A DNA stretch of 64,000 nt, taken from NCBI GenBank assembly GCA_016192995.1, contig JACPTB010000005.1, positions 133,503 to 197,502 of the forward strand, in the 5' to 3' direction. The DNA is from Candidatus Woesearchaeota archaeon (lineage in GTDB: Archaea > Nanobdellota > Nanobdellia > Woesearchaeales > DSVV01). Made by a program: the position numbers and the translations under genes. The notes beneath the pieces are model-generated. The model worked only from the letters and a program-made list of their open reading frames with translations, did not search any database and had not been told where the DNA came from. This document shows, piece by piece, positions 19,528 to 29,756 of the stretch; positions within the stretch are counted from its first letter, which is position 1; every line of letters starts with the position of its first letter.

Positions 19528-19935
19528 TTATTCTTTTTGGAGTTTCTCCCTTTTAACATCATCAACTAACTTCTTAGCCAAATTGTAGAGTCCAAATTTT
19601 GTAACGACAATAACACCATATTCATCTATAACATCCTTTGACAAATTATCGGCGCCAATATAATAAACTTTTGCTTCTGGATGTACTTGTTTAAGATGTC
19701 TAGTAGCGGGAATAAAGTATTGGTAATTATCTCTCGTTGAATCAAGTGGAAAACTACCATCAATGAGGTAATGATCTGCACGATATGTGCTAAGAAGCTC
19801 TAGAAATTCAGCATAATTCTTAGCTATCTGATACTTTATGTTAGTTTCACCATCAAAGATTCTACGTAGATTAGCAATCCATTCATAATCATCTTCTAAT
19901 ACAGTAATATCAAGTGTTTCGAGTGATTGATCCAT
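19528..19935 (-). CDS. receiver(CheY)-like domain protein
   Basis: VLEDD acidic pair, candidate phospho-Asp in HYLIDGSFP, VVTKFG Lys; weak. Confidence 0.3.
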   Translation of the reverse strand: MDQSLETLDITVLEDDYEWIANLRRIFDGETNIKYQIAKNYAEFLELLSTYRADHYLIDGSFPLDSTRDNYQYFIPATRHLKQVHPEAKVYYIGADNLSKDVIDEYGVIVVTKFGLYNLAKKLVDDVKREKLQKE

Positions 19936-20017
19936 TAAAACAAGCTATGCCACAATATTTATAAAGTTAATTAGTAAGAAAACGAATATCTTAAACATTG
20001 TTAAAAAAGGTGATATT

Positions 20018-21427
20018 ATGAAACGTGCAAAAAACCACTCATCTATACTTCTAGCAATTGTTATCATGGTTGTATTGGTAGGACTGCTGTCAGCCCTTAG
20101 TGATGTGTTCAAGAATAATGTTTATGGTAGAGGAGCTTATTTCTCTGAAGATGCAGCTAAAATAGGCATAACTCCATTAACAGGAAATCTTGTTTTTGAA
20201 GGAGGACAAGTTATATTAACCGTTTCAACAACAGGCAAAGGTTATGTTTCTTCAAGCCCTTCTGGAATTATTTGTGGTGCAGCTTGCAGTGAAGCTTATT
20301 CACCAGGAACTGTAATGAGACTGACCGCAAAACCGCAAAGCGATCAATTTGTTAGTTGGGGAGGAGCATGTTCAGGAACTGAAATGACTTGTACCATCAC
20401 GCTTGATGCTGATACCACTGTTATTGCTAATTTTGGTGGTCAATCTGAACCAAAACCAGCACCACCTTCTGAAACACCACTTTATCCAATTAGTGGAGAT
20501 CCCATCCAAGAACCTGTTGCACCTATACAAACTCCTCCCTCAGAAAAATCACAACTGCATTGCTGTTTAGATCCTCGGTATAATGCAGAATATGCTTTGC
20601 AAAATCCTTGTCAATCAGGATTTATTGACAAAGGTGTTCAAAAGGATTGCAGCACTTTAGCGGCAAAGCTGAGAAAACCTATTGAAACACCTAAACCAAT
20701 CCCACCAACACCACCAAGTACTGCACCTAAATATACTCTAACTGTAGAAAAACCAAGTACAGGACAGATTAAGAGTTCGGACGGAAAAATAAACTGTCCT
20801 AACCAATGCAGTGCTCAATATGGAAAAGATGAAAATGTTGTTTTGCAAAACACTTTTGTAATGGATGGAAATAAAAAGGTTAAATTTGATATTGTTCAGG
20901 AAAACCTGCAGCCACCATCACCACCACCTACACAACCTCAGCCACCTCAACCTCCACTAATACCTACACCTTCTCCTCCTCAAAAAGGTACCTTAACAAA
21001 TCAGAATCTTGCAGGTTCGTGGCGGATTTATTCTCAAGCAATCTTTTATGATAAAGGTGGGAATAGTATTTCGCCTCCTTTATCAAGAAGATTTGAACTT
21101 AAGTCTGATGGAACATGGGAATGGGGTAATTCTAAAGGTACTTGGGAAATTAAGCTTATAGAACCAGAAGATTGGAAAAAGTGGAGTCTTCAATCCTATG
21201 GTCCAACAAGCAAAATAGTATTCAAGAATTGGGTTCCAGGATGGTCTGATGGTCCTATTGAAGAATCGCAAGGAAGCGTTGACTTTATGTGGCTAATTTT
21301 CCGCGGTCAAAGCACTAAGGGAGATGCGCCACCAGATTATGGTACTATTCAAATGAAATTAGGGCATTCTACAAGTTATGAAGCTCAAGGCGCCAGAGGT
21401 AGGAGATTTATTGAAGACGCAGGTTAA
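20018..21427 (+). CDS. secreted protein with divergent InlB B-repeat domain(s) and Pro-rich linkers
   Basis: Signal peptide; VILTVSTTGKGYVSSSPSGIICGAACSEAYSPGTVMRLTAKPQSDQFVSWGGACSGTEMTCTITLDADTTVIANFG fits the B-repeat consensus; a second partial copy; PxP-rich spacers. Confidence 0.5.
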   Translation: MKRAKNHSSILLAIVIMVVLVGLLSALSDVFKNNVYGRGAYFSEDAAKIGITPLTGNLVFEGGQVILTVSTTGKGYVSSSPSGIICGAACSEAYSPGTVMRLTAKPQSDQFVSWGGACSGTEMTCTITLDADTTVIANFGGQSEPKPAPPSETPLYPISGDPIQEPVAPIQTPPSEKSQLHCCLDPRYNAEYALQNPCQSGFIDKGVQKDCSTLAAKLRKPIETPKPIPPTPPSTAPKYTLTVEKPSTGQIKSSDGKINCPNQCSAQYGKDENVVLQNTFVMDGNKKVKFDIVQENLQPPSPPPTQPQPPQPPLIPTPSPPQKGTLTNQNLAGSWRIYSQAIFYDKGGNSISPPLSRRFELKSDGTWEWGNSKGTWEIKLIEPEDWKKWSLQSYGPTSKIVFKNWVPGWSDGPIEESQGSVDFMWLIFRGQSTKGDAPPDYGTIQMKLGHSTSYEAQGARGRRFIEDAG

Positions 21428-21436
21428 GTAGAATTA

Positions 21437-21889
21437 GTGAGGTCAATAATGGATGCTACTTTTAAAAGACTGGATATAACTATAATTTCATGGTTAAAAT
21501 GCTACGGACCACGTTTTTTACGCTATGCTTTAGCCATTATCTTTATCTGGTTTGGATTATTAAAAGTGATTCATCTATCCCCAGCAGATGAATTAGTTAC
21601 TCAAACAGTGTATTGGTTTGATCCAATATGGTTTGTCCCATTTCTTGGATGGTGGGAAGTTGTTATCGGACTTTGCCTTCTTTTCAAACCGTTGAACAGA
21701 TTAGGATTGTTATTAATGGCTGTACAAATGGCAGGCACATTCTTGCCATTAATATTACTTCCAGAGATTGTTTACCAAAACAATAATCCTTTTGCTTTAA
21801 CTATTCATGGGCAATATATTGTAAAAAATATTGTTCTTATCGGTGCTGCAATGATTGTAGGAAGTAAGGTGAAGGATAAGACTTGTTAG
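21437..21889 (+). CDS. small integral membrane protein
   Basis: 150 aa, 4 predicted TM helices. Confidence 0.35.
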   Translation: MRSIMDATFKRLDITIISWLKCYGPRFLRYALAIIFIWFGLLKVIHLSPADELVTQTVYWFDPIWFVPFLGWWEVVIGLCLLFKPLNRLGLLLMAVQMAGTFLPLILLPEIVYQNNNPFALTIHGQYIVKNIVLIGAAMIVGSKVKDKTC

Positions 21890-21901
21890 AGATGCGAGGA
21901 T

Positions 21902-22858
21902 TCATCCCCGCATTACAATAATATAAATATAAATAATATACATCAGAACAAAACAAATACCCTGCCATCTTTCTAAGCGATGTTTTTCTCCCATAAACAT
22001 GAATATAAACAACAACAACGTTGTTATTAAAAGCATGATTAAATCAAAGTTGACAAATGAAGGAACATTAATTGGCGCGATTAATGCAGTTATCCCAAGA
22101 ATAAAGAATACATTAAATATATTGCTTCCTATAATGGTGCCGAGGGCAAGATCAGCATTTTTTTTAAACATTGCAACAATACTGGTTACTAATTCAGGCA
22201 AAGAAGTGCCAACAGCAATAATAGTTGCAGATATGAGAAACTCACTAATCCCAAGTACTTTGGCAATGGAAACTGCACTTTTTACTACTAATTCTCCGCC
22301 ATACAATAATCCTGCAAAGCCAAGAATAATATAAGCTGTCATTTTTAAATTAGACAATATTTTAATGTCGCTGTTGTCTTTATTTCTTTCAAGCTTTGAA
22401 GAATAATACAAATAATAGAGGAATATTGAAAAGAATAGTAAAAAGATGATTCCATCTACTCTATGCAGAGTAAACAGTGGTTTACCTAAAATAAGATATT
22501 TGTTAGATAACACGAGAAGAACTAAACATGATAATATACCAAACGGAATTTCCCTCCAAGTTAACGTATGTTTTACACGGATTTCGGTAATTATGCTCGC
22601 GAGTCCTAACCCTATAAGAATATTAACAACATTACTTCCAATAATATTTCCTAATGCAATATCAGATGCTCCATTGAGAGCAGCAATAACATTAACAATA
22701 AGTTCAGGCGCAGAGGTGCCGAATGCTACAATTGTTAACCCAATGACTAAACTTGAAACACCAAACTTCTCTGCCAAAGCTGCAGATCCATCAACTAATA
22801 GATCAGCTCCTTTGACGAGAAATACAAAACCAATGATAAAAAGGAAATATTCAAGCAT
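21902..22858 (-). CDS. Ca2+/cation antiporter (CaCA, YrbG-like sodium/calcium exchanger)
   Basis: Duplicated alpha-repeats GTSAPELIVNV.A and GTSLPELVTSIVA. Confidence 0.7.
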   Translation of the reverse strand: MLEYFLFIIGFVFLVKGADLLVDGSAALAEKFGVSSLVIGLTIVAFGTSAPELIVNVIAALNGASDIALGNIIGSNVVNILIGLGLASIITEIRVKHTLTWREIPFGILSCLVLLVLSNKYLILGKPLFTLHRVDGIIFLLFFSIFLYYLYYSSKLERNKDNSDIKILSNLKMTAYIILGFAGLLYGGELVVKSAVSIAKVLGISEFLISATIIAVGTSLPELVTSIVAMFKKNADLALGTIIGSNIFNVFFILGITALIAPINVPSFVNFDLIMLLITTLLLFIFMFMGEKHRLERWQGICFVLMYIIYIYIIVMRG

Positions 22859-22901
22859 AGCTTCTTTTTAAATTAAGTATTTATAAAATTAATGAAATAA
22901 C

Positions 22902-23010
22902 TGGGCCCAGCCAGATTTGAACTGGCGATCTTCTCGAATTTGAGTTAATAAAGAGATTAAAACCTTATTAATACGTCAACGAGATGTCATAGCCGCTAGA
23001 CCATGAGCCC
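22902..23010 (-). tRNA. intron-containing tRNA-Val (anticodon GAC), about 36-nt intron near position 37/38
   Basis: Reverse strand: GGGCTCA-TG-GTC..GAC-A-TCTCG-TTGACG[intron]T-CGAGA-AGATC-GCCAG-TTCAAAT-CTGGC-TGGGCCC-A; all stems pair. Confidence 0.7.
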
Positions 23011-23035
23011 TTGTTCAGGTAAAAATAGGAAATGT

Positions 23036-23041
23036 TTTAAA
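23036..23041 (-). promoter_or_regulatory. putative TATA box upstream of tRNA-Val
   Basis: TTTAAA about 26-31 nt upstream of the tRNA 5' end. Confidence 0.3.
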
Positions 23042-23064
23042 TATTTTATTATATCAAAAAGCAT

Positions 23065-24606
23065 ATGGAAGAAGATTACGATCTACAGAAATCTGGTGAA
23101 GTACAGAAGCCTGATCAAGATACCAAGGCTAAAATCAAGCTTGCTAATCAAAGAATTCAAGAAAAGCTGAACAAAGAAAGCATGAATAATGCAATTAAAG
23201 AAGGATCTGCGTTTTCAGTTATGAGCAGCTTTGGACAGAACTATGTTTCTGCATTTGCCATTGCTCTCCAAGCATCAAATACTCAATTATCATTGCTTAA
23301 TTCATTGCCTGGGTTGCTTACAAACTCTTTTCAACACTTAGGGATAAAACTTGCAGAATACTTTCATAGCAGAAAAAAAATAATTGTCATAACGGTTTTT
23401 CTTCAAGCATTCACTTGGCTGCCCTTATTTGTACTTCCTTTAATCTTCAAAGAATATAGTTTTATGTTCTTGATAACGTTTCTTATTCTTTTTAATCTTC
23501 TTGGAGCATTGCATCAATCTATTTGGAGCAGTATGATGACTGATATTGTTTCAAGTGATTTTCGCGGCAGATATTTTGGATTGAGAAATAAAGTGATTGG
23601 AGGCGTAGCATTTGTTGCTGAGATTATCGGAGGTATTATTTTATTTATATTTGAAGATATCAATGTATGGATAGGGTTTGGCATTTTGTTTACCGTAGCA
23701 TGCATAGCAAGGCTTTTTTCATACTATTACATGAAAAAAATTATTGAACCAACATTTGCTCCTGAAGAACAAAAGCATTTTACGGTCAGGCAATTTATTA
23801 AAAGCTTAAAGGAAACTAATTACGGGAAATTTGTCGTTGCTACTTCTTTTCTGAGATTTACCGTAAACATAGCTTCTCCTTTTTTCTCAGCGTTTATTTT
23901 GAGAGATTTAGGATTTTCTTACCTTCAATATACCCTTATTACCGCAGCGTCAACTATAGCTTCGTTCATGTCGATGCATTATTGGGGAAAATATAGTGAT
24001 AAATATGGCCATAAACGGATTGCAGGAATTACAAGCTGGTTGATTCCGTTGATACCATTAGGATGGGCATTTACCTCAAATTGGTATCTGATTATTGGCA
24101 TTCAGATTCTAAGCGGTATTTCATGGGCAGGATTCCAACTAGCAGAATCAAATTATATTTATGACTCCATCTCACCAAAAATCAGATCTCGAGGTGTTGC
24201 CTATGCTAATAGCATGCGAAATGGGATGGTATTTGTTGGTTCAATATTAGGCGGTTTCTTGGCAAATTACCTCCCTCCTCTCAGTTTTCAAGCTTCAAAC
24301 CTGCAGTTAGTTTTCCTTATTTCTGCAGCGCTAAGGGTTATAGCGATTGTTATATACTTGCCTATGTTTAGAGAATTGCATCAAACATCTGATGGAAAAA
24401 AAGATCATGAATTATTCGTAGAATTGGTTGCAGTACGCCCAATCTCAGGACTTATTTTTAAAGCAGTGAGACACGTAGATAAAGTAACTAAATTGGTTAA
24501 AAAAACGAAAAGTGATGATGATAGTGGAATAAAAATAAAAGATAATGTAACTATCAAACTAAAAGACAACCCTCCTTTAAATCCTGCGCTAAAGATTTAT
24601 AAATAA
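23065..24606 (+). CDS. MFS-type transporter
   Basis: 513 aa, about 12 TM helices; DFRGRYFG loop motif. Confidence 0.5.
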   Translation: MEEDYDLQKSGEVQKPDQDTKAKIKLANQRIQEKLNKESMNNAIKEGSAFSVMSSFGQNYVSAFAIALQASNTQLSLLNSLPGLLTNSFQHLGIKLAEYFHSRKKIIVITVFLQAFTWLPLFVLPLIFKEYSFMFLITFLILFNLLGALHQSIWSSMMTDIVSSDFRGRYFGLRNKVIGGVAFVAEIIGGIILFIFEDINVWIGFGILFTVACIARLFSYYYMKKIIEPTFAPEEQKHFTVRQFIKSLKETNYGKFVVATSFLRFTVNIASPFFSAFILRDLGFSYLQYTLITAASTIASFMSMHYWGKYSDKYGHKRIAGITSWLIPLIPLGWAFTSNWYLIIGIQILSGISWAGFQLAESNYIYDSISPKIRSRGVAYANSMRNGMVFVGSILGGFLANYLPPLSFQASNLQLVFLISAALRVIAIVIYLPMFRELHQTSDGKKDHELFVELVAVRPISGLIFKAVRHVDKVTKLVKKTKSDDDSGIKIKDNVTIKLKDNPPLNPALKIYK

Positions 24607-24624
24607 TAACTTCCAAAAAACAAT

Positions 24625-25797
24625 ATGCCTCAATCCTCACTTACCCTTATTGTTATTGTCCTAACAGTTTCTTTAATTATGTCTGAACTTTTTTATCGCT
24701 TGAAATATCCGCGTGTTATAGGGCAGTTAGTAACAGGGATATTATTTTCATTTCCCTTGTTCAAAGCTTTTTTAACGCAGGATTTCCTTTTAGACATCAA
24801 ATTTCTGTCAGATATGGGAATTGTGTTTTTGCTCCTTCTTGCTGGGATGGAAATTGACTTAAAAAAATTCAAAAAATCAGAAAAAGATTCAGTAATCATA
24901 GCTGTTTCTTGCGCGTTATTGCCTTTTCTTCTTGGCGTTGTTCTCATGAAACTATTAGGATTCTCAAATATTATCGCTGTTGTTGTCGGAGCATCGCTTG
25001 CATTAACTGCAGAAGGCACAAAATTAATTGTCCTGCTGGAGATGAAAGCATTGCGTACAAGAGTTGGAACTATTATGGTTGAAGCAGGAATCCTTGATGA
25101 TATTTTTGAAATTGGTTTCCTTGCCTTAGTATTGTTGTTAGCAAATGGCACTGCTCAGGAGGTAAGTGTTTTTCCTTTAAAGCTGATATTTTTTATAGTT
25201 ATAGTAGTAGCCACGTACCTTTACCTTCCTAAGCTCTTGCGCTTAATTCATAAAGAACATAACCCTGTTGCGGTATTTTCAACGGTATTGGTTATTGGAT
25301 TAATTATTGCCTTGGTTTCAGAACAATTTGGTTTAGGTCCTATTATAGGTGCATTTATTGCAGGAATTATCATCCAAATTGCAGATAAAGATAAAAAAGA
25401 AGAGCACACCATTGTTAATGAATTAAAAATACTTACCTTTGCGTTAGTAATTCCATTCTTCTTCTTAAATATAGGGTTGCATTTTGATTATACAGCAATT
25501 CTTCAAAATAGCTGGTTTGTTATCTTAGTTATTCTTGTTGCCACTATCGGAAAAGTGCTTGGCGCCATGGCAGTTACACCATTGACTGATCTTTCTTTAA
25601 AGCAAACACATCTTATTGGTTGGGGAATGAATTCCCGCGGCGCAGTGGAATTAATTATTGCAGAAATTGCCCGTTCGAGCGGCATTATTTCTATAAAGAT
25701 TTATTCTGCCATTGTTGCCATGACCATATTTACCACACTGATATTCCCTATTATATTAAAGAAAACTGTTCAGCAAAATAGGAATATTTTAAAGTAG
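24625..25797 (+). CDS. cation:proton antiporter (CPA/Na+-H+ exchanger family)
   Basis: 390 aa polytopic; KefB/NapA-like layout. Confidence 0.6.
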   Translation: MPQSSLTLIVIVLTVSLIMSELFYRLKYPRVIGQLVTGILFSFPLFKAFLTQDFLLDIKFLSDMGIVFLLLLAGMEIDLKKFKKSEKDSVIIAVSCALLPFLLGVVLMKLLGFSNIIAVVVGASLALTAEGTKLIVLLEMKALRTRVGTIMVEAGILDDIFEIGFLALVLLLANGTAQEVSVFPLKLIFFIVIVVATYLYLPKLLRLIHKEHNPVAVFSTVLVIGLIIALVSEQFGLGPIIGAFIAGIIIQIADKDKKEEHTIVNELKILTFALVIPFFFLNIGLHFDYTAILQNSWFVILVILVATIGKVLGAMAVTPLTDLSLKQTHLIGWGMNSRGAVELIIAEIARSSGIISIKIYSAIVAMTIFTTLIFPIILKKTVQQNRNILK

Positions 25798-25802
25798 TAG
25801 TA

Positions 25803-25965
25803 GGCTCTGTCCCAAATCTCGGCTAACGCCTCGGTTTTGGTGCCGTGATTATCCCACTTGTTGATAAGAACGAAAAAATTCCCATTGGAATTCCCTTTTT
25901 TCTCGATTATTTATTTGTAGGATAATCACAAGCATGGCACCAAAAACTACATTTGGGACAGAGCC
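25803..25965. mobile_element. family-B palindromic MITE-like repeat (B1), 9-bp TSD GTAGTAGTA
   Basis: GGCTCTGTCCCAAAT...GGTTTTGGTGCCGTGATTATCC...GGATAATCAC..GGCACCAAAAAC...ATTTGGGACAGAGCC; identical 9-mer on both flanks. Confidence 0.8.
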
Positions 25966-26010
25966 GTAGTAGTACAAACTTTTATAAATTATATCCTATT
26001 CGATTACATA

Positions 26011-26709
26011 ATGACTTTAATGCCAAAACATATTGCTATTATTATGGATGGCAATCGAAGATATGCTAAGAAGAATAAACTTTTATTACTTGAAGGCCAT
26101 CGTAAAGGCGCTGAAAAACTGAAAGAAGTTCTTGCATGGTGCAAGGAATACAACATCAAAGAGCTAACTTTGTACACTTTTTCTATACAAAACTTTTCAA
26201 GAATAAAAGACGAAGTAGATTACTTAATGAATTTGTTTAGAGAATATTTTGATGCGTTTTTCAAAGATAAAATCTTTGATGAAGATAAAATTAAAGTAAA
26301 TATTATCGGAAGAAAGCAATTATTTCCAAGCGACATCCAGGAAAAAATGAATCAAGTGGAAGAGAAAACAAAAAACTATTCTCAACATATTCTTAATTTT
26401 GCTATGGGTTATGGAAGTCGAGAGGAACTTGTTGATGCATTCCAAGCATTAGCGAAAAAGGTTGAAAACAAAACTCTTTCTTCAGAACAAATTACAGAAG
26501 AGACCATTAACCCTGCTTTATATCTTTCTCATGCACCTGATATTTTAATTCGCACTGGAGGAGAAAAACGGCTTTCTAATTTCTTATTATGGCAGTGCAG
26601 TTATACTGAACTCTTTTTTATTGACAGTTTCTGGCCGGAATTTTCAAAACAGGAATTTACTTCAATCATTAAGAAGTTCACAGAACGAGAAAGAAGATTC
26701 GGGAAATAA
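26011..26709 (+). CDS. uppS: undecaprenyl-diphosphate synthase family cis-prenyltransferase
   Basis: HIAIIMDGNRRYAKK and C-terminal RTGGEKRLSNFLLWQ. Confidence 0.8.
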   Translation: MTLMPKHIAIIMDGNRRYAKKNKLLLLEGHRKGAEKLKEVLAWCKEYNIKELTLYTFSIQNFSRIKDEVDYLMNLFREYFDAFFKDKIFDEDKIKVNIIGRKQLFPSDIQEKMNQVEEKTKNYSQHILNFAMGYGSREELVDAFQALAKKVENKTLSSEQITEETINPALYLSHAPDILIRTGGEKRLSNFLLWQCSYTELFFIDSFWPEFSKQEFTSIIKKFTERERRFGK

Positions 26710-26714
26710 GTTTT

Positions 26715-26993
26715 TTATTTAATTGCTTTTTCAACAGCTTTTAAGAACGTATCATTTAATTTATGAATGGCTTTAAGTGAATCTTCAACTGCTTTAACTG
26801 GTGATTTTCCTTTAGTCTCAACCACTAAACGAGGAACATTGAGTAAAGGATGCTCAATATAGTATCCTCCTACTTTAACTTCTTTATCATCACGTAATTG
26901 ATGCGCTAGAAGATTAAATAAGGTATGTGTTTCTGCACCAGGAAAATCAACAACAAGTTTGTGTTTGGTATTCTCTAATACTTTAACTTCCAT
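26715..26993 (-). CDS. rpo11: DNA-directed RNA polymerase subunit Rpo11 (L)
   Basis: 92 aa; MEVKVLENTKHKLVVDFPGAETHTLFNLLAHQL matches the RpoL/Rpb11 N-terminus. Confidence 0.6.
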   Translation of the reverse strand: MEVKVLENTKHKLVVDFPGAETHTLFNLLAHQLRDDKEVKVGGYYIEHPLLNVPRLVVETKGKSPVKAVEDSLKAIHKLNDTFLKAVEKAIK

Positions 26994-27071
26994 AACTATA
27001 CATTTTTGGGTTTATTTATAAATGTTATTATTACTATTAGAATTGCCATAATCAAGTGGTGAAAGTACTAG

Positions 27072-27812
27072 CTAAGGCTTTGCCATCTTCCAAAAGAAGT
27101 TGAAATACTGCATATACGCAAATGCTATCTGCTTGTTTTCAATCATAATCGCTTCAATATCATCATCTTCTACATGGATCATCAAAACATAAGCTTCATT
27201 AATATCAATAACAACAGGACTGGCATATTTATCAGGAACAAATCGTACTTCACCATTGCTAAACCCAACATCTGATCCTCGTTTGCCTTCATGATAAATC
27301 ATTTTGTTAGGTATATTGTTTCCAACGATATACCTTCTGAATTTTTCAAAATGATGTTGTAAATATTTTCTTGTTGAACCAGTGCTGCCAAAGCAATAAA
27401 TTGGTTTTTTGTTGGCAAAGAATTTTGTCAGAGCATTAATAACACCCTGCCTCCCTTTGTAATAGGTTACCGTCTGTTTTTCTTCAGCAGCATTATATTG
27501 TTTCATTAATTCAGGCAGATGCTTGTTGATAAGATCAAGCTTTTCCTGTTTTTTCTGAATAATATCCTGCAATGATTCGGGTGATGCTGCTTGAAATATA
27601 TTTTTTTCTTTTCTTGTGACATTGCTTACTAATCCTTTTTCCCGCAATCGCTCCAAAGCATCGTAAATATTAACTCTATGGACGTCTACTTTCTTTGCCA
27701 GATCACTGACACTGCCAGAACCCAATTTTAATAATCCCAGATATACTTTTGCCTCATTAATGCTAAAACCAATCTCAAGCAATAATTGCGTGATTTCTTC
27801 TTTTGACAACAT
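27072..27812 (-). CDS. TrmB-family transcriptional regulator
   Basis: wHTH EAKVYLGLLKLGSGSVSDLAKKVDVHRVNIYDALERLREKGLV. Confidence 0.7.
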   Translation of the reverse strand: MLSKEEITQLLLEIGFSINEAKVYLGLLKLGSGSVSDLAKKVDVHRVNIYDALERLREKGLVSNVTRKEKNIFQAASPESLQDIIQKKQEKLDLINKHLPELMKQYNAAEEKQTVTYYKGRQGVINALTKFFANKKPIYCFGSTGSTRKYLQHHFEKFRRYIVGNNIPNKMIYHEGKRGSDVGFSNGEVRFVPDKYASPVVIDINEAYVLMIHVEDDDIEAIMIENKQIAFAYMQYFNFFWKMAKP

Positions 27813-27909
27813 AACATTATTAGAATAATTGTTTTATTTAAAGTTTTGTATTGAAGTATACTACTACCATTTAGTAATATTTAAATACTAGTATTACTTT
27901 AATACCATT

Positions 27910-28152
27910 ATGGCAATTAAAACTATTAAAGATGTTGATGAAGAAACGTGGTATAGATTGAGAAAGTTATCAATAAAAAATAGAACACCTATGGGGAAAT
28001 TGATACATGCTATGGTTGACATTTATGAAAAGAAAACTGAAAATGTATGGGAAAATATCCTCAATGGTGAAAAACTCATCTCTGATAAAGAAGCTGATAC
28101 TATGGAGAAGAAATTATTAAAAGTAAGAAAAGAATATGGTTTTAGAGTATGA
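27910..28152 (+). CDS. RHH-like antitoxin (VapB-like)
   Basis: 80 aa; 4-nt overlap with the PIN gene. Confidence 0.5.
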   Translation: MAIKTIKDVDEETWYRLRKLSIKNRTPMGKLIHAMVDIYEKKTENVWENILNGEKLISDKEADTMEKKLLKVRKEYGFRV

Positions 28153-28544
28153 CACTTATACTGGATACATCAATACTTATTGATTTAGAAAGAAAAAGAA
28201 AATCAACATTAGAAAGATTATCTGAATTATGCAAGAATTATCCTGACACTCCAAAGATTGCGTTTATTACGTTATTTGAAATCCTTCTTGGATCAAAAGA
28301 GAAAAATAAAACAAATCAGCAGAAATGTTTAGAGTTTGTTAAACAATTCACCGTATTGCAGACATCAACAAAAACTGCCCCAATACTTGCTGAATTAAAA
28401 TATAAATATGATCAAAAAGGGATTCCATTATCACTTTCTGATTCGCTTATTGCGGCATTAGCAATTGAGAATGGCTTAATTCTTGTTACTAAAGATAAAG
28501 ATTTTAATAATATAACTGAGATAAGAAAGATTATATTAAATTAG
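28149..28544 (+). CDS. vapC: PIN-domain toxin (VapC-like)
   Basis: MTLILDTSILIDLE. Confidence 0.65.
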   Translation: MTLILDTSILIDLERKRKSTLERLSELCKNYPDTPKIAFITLFEILLGSKEKNKTNQQKCLEFVKQFTVLQTSTKTAPILAELKYKYDQKGIPLSLSDSLIAALAIENGLILVTKDKDFNNITEIRKIILN

Positions 28545-28545
28545 T

Positions 28546-29724
28546 TTATGCAGCTTTTCTATATTGTTGCTCATACTGTTTTTCAATGCGGCCATAATTT
28601 GATTCAGGATGTTTACGTATCTTTTTAGATCCATCAACAACATCAAGCATCATCTCATTAATGACTTTATGCTGTCCTGAATCTCCAAAGTGTGTGGCGT
28701 CTTTATGATGAAGTATGTTATGTGTGTTTGCATGCTGATAAACAGTTTTTTTAGGAGGTACTAATCCAGATTTTTCTCCTGCAATGACATGAACTTCTGC
28801 ATCTCCATAAGGCTGTGTGGCGTAAAGTTTGATAATATCTCTTCTTGCTTTAGGGCTTGTTACATCATCTTTATCCAGTTTTACACCAGCTGCTTTGGCA
28901 ACATACTCTGCAGCTTTCTGATCAAGATTTGAAAGCTCCATACCAGAAGGACTTGGTTCGACAGCATAGAATTTTCCAATCCCATACTGCTTTCTTCGTG
29001 GATCCTGCGCTGCATAGATTGCAACATTGGCTCCTTCGCTATGACCCAGAAAATGATCTCTGTTCTCTCTTTGTTTTCCTGTTAATCCTGTTTTTTTGTA
29101 TAACGTGTCAACTTGCTGATAAAATTTATCCCTATTTTGGTCTCGAGTTTCATGTTCATGGTTAAATTTAATAAGATGAGGGGCATAGCCTCTTTTTCGC
29201 GCTTGCCGCGCTAATTGTCTCATTGAGCCTCGATTCTGAAAATAACCATGTCCAAGATGCAGTATCTCTTTATTCGGATTTTTTTTTAAATCACGCTTAG
29301 TTCTCCAGTTTTCAACGCCGGATAAAACATTTCCAACTGTGTTTTCATACATATTTCTCGGAACATTTCTTGTTAAATTTCTAAATCTATTTTTCCATTT
29401 ATCCCATCCTTTTATCTCTTCAGGCATTCTGTTGGTAATATCTTCCTCTTGTTTCTTAATTTGACCAACACGCCATCCAGTATATTTTGGCGACAATGCT
29501 CCACGAGCTTCAAGATTTCTCTTTCGAATTTCATAATCTGCTGCATCAGCTTGTCCTTCTTTATTTTCACCTGGATTTGCCATTGCTTCTTGGACAATTT
29601 TATCTAATTGTTCTTCAGCTTTTTTTCCAGATGAGTTTTTCTGAAATAATGATATAAGAAATAAAGAGAGAAAAGTAACTACGGTAAAGCTGATCATAGT
29701 GAATGTCACGTCCAAGATAAACAC
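28546..29724 (-). CDS. membrane-anchored alpha/beta-hydrolase-fold protein
   Basis: N-terminal TM helix; GxSxG nucleophile elbow LGHSEGANVA; basic linker. Confidence 0.4.
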   Translation of the reverse strand: MFILDVTFTMISFTVVTFLSLFLISLFQKNSSGKKAEEQLDKIVQEAMANPGENKEGQADAADYEIRKRNLEARGALSPKYTGWRVGQIKKQEEDITNRMPEEIKGWDKWKNRFRNLTRNVPRNMYENTVGNVLSGVENWRTKRDLKKNPNKEILHLGHGYFQNRGSMRQLARQARKRGYAPHLIKFNHEHETRDQNRDKFYQQVDTLYKKTGLTGKQRENRDHFLGHSEGANVAIYAAQDPRRKQYGIGKFYAVEPSPSGMELSNLDQKAAEYVAKAAGVKLDKDDVTSPKARRDIIKLYATQPYGDAEVHVIAGEKSGLVPPKKTVYQHANTHNILHHKDATHFGDSGQHKVINEMMLDVVDGSKKIRKHPESNYGRIEKQYEQQYRKAA

Positions 29725-29756
29725 CTCTCAGGATATGTCTTTTTCTTCGAAAAATT

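Noticed and set aside
21999-22871. Plus-strand ORFs 21999-22334 and 22446-22871
   Set aside because: Antisense to the CaCA antiporter gene; no motifs.
24693-25151. ORF 24693-25151 (-) and 25503-25685 (-)
   Set aside because: Antisense to the CPA antiporter gene; spurious.
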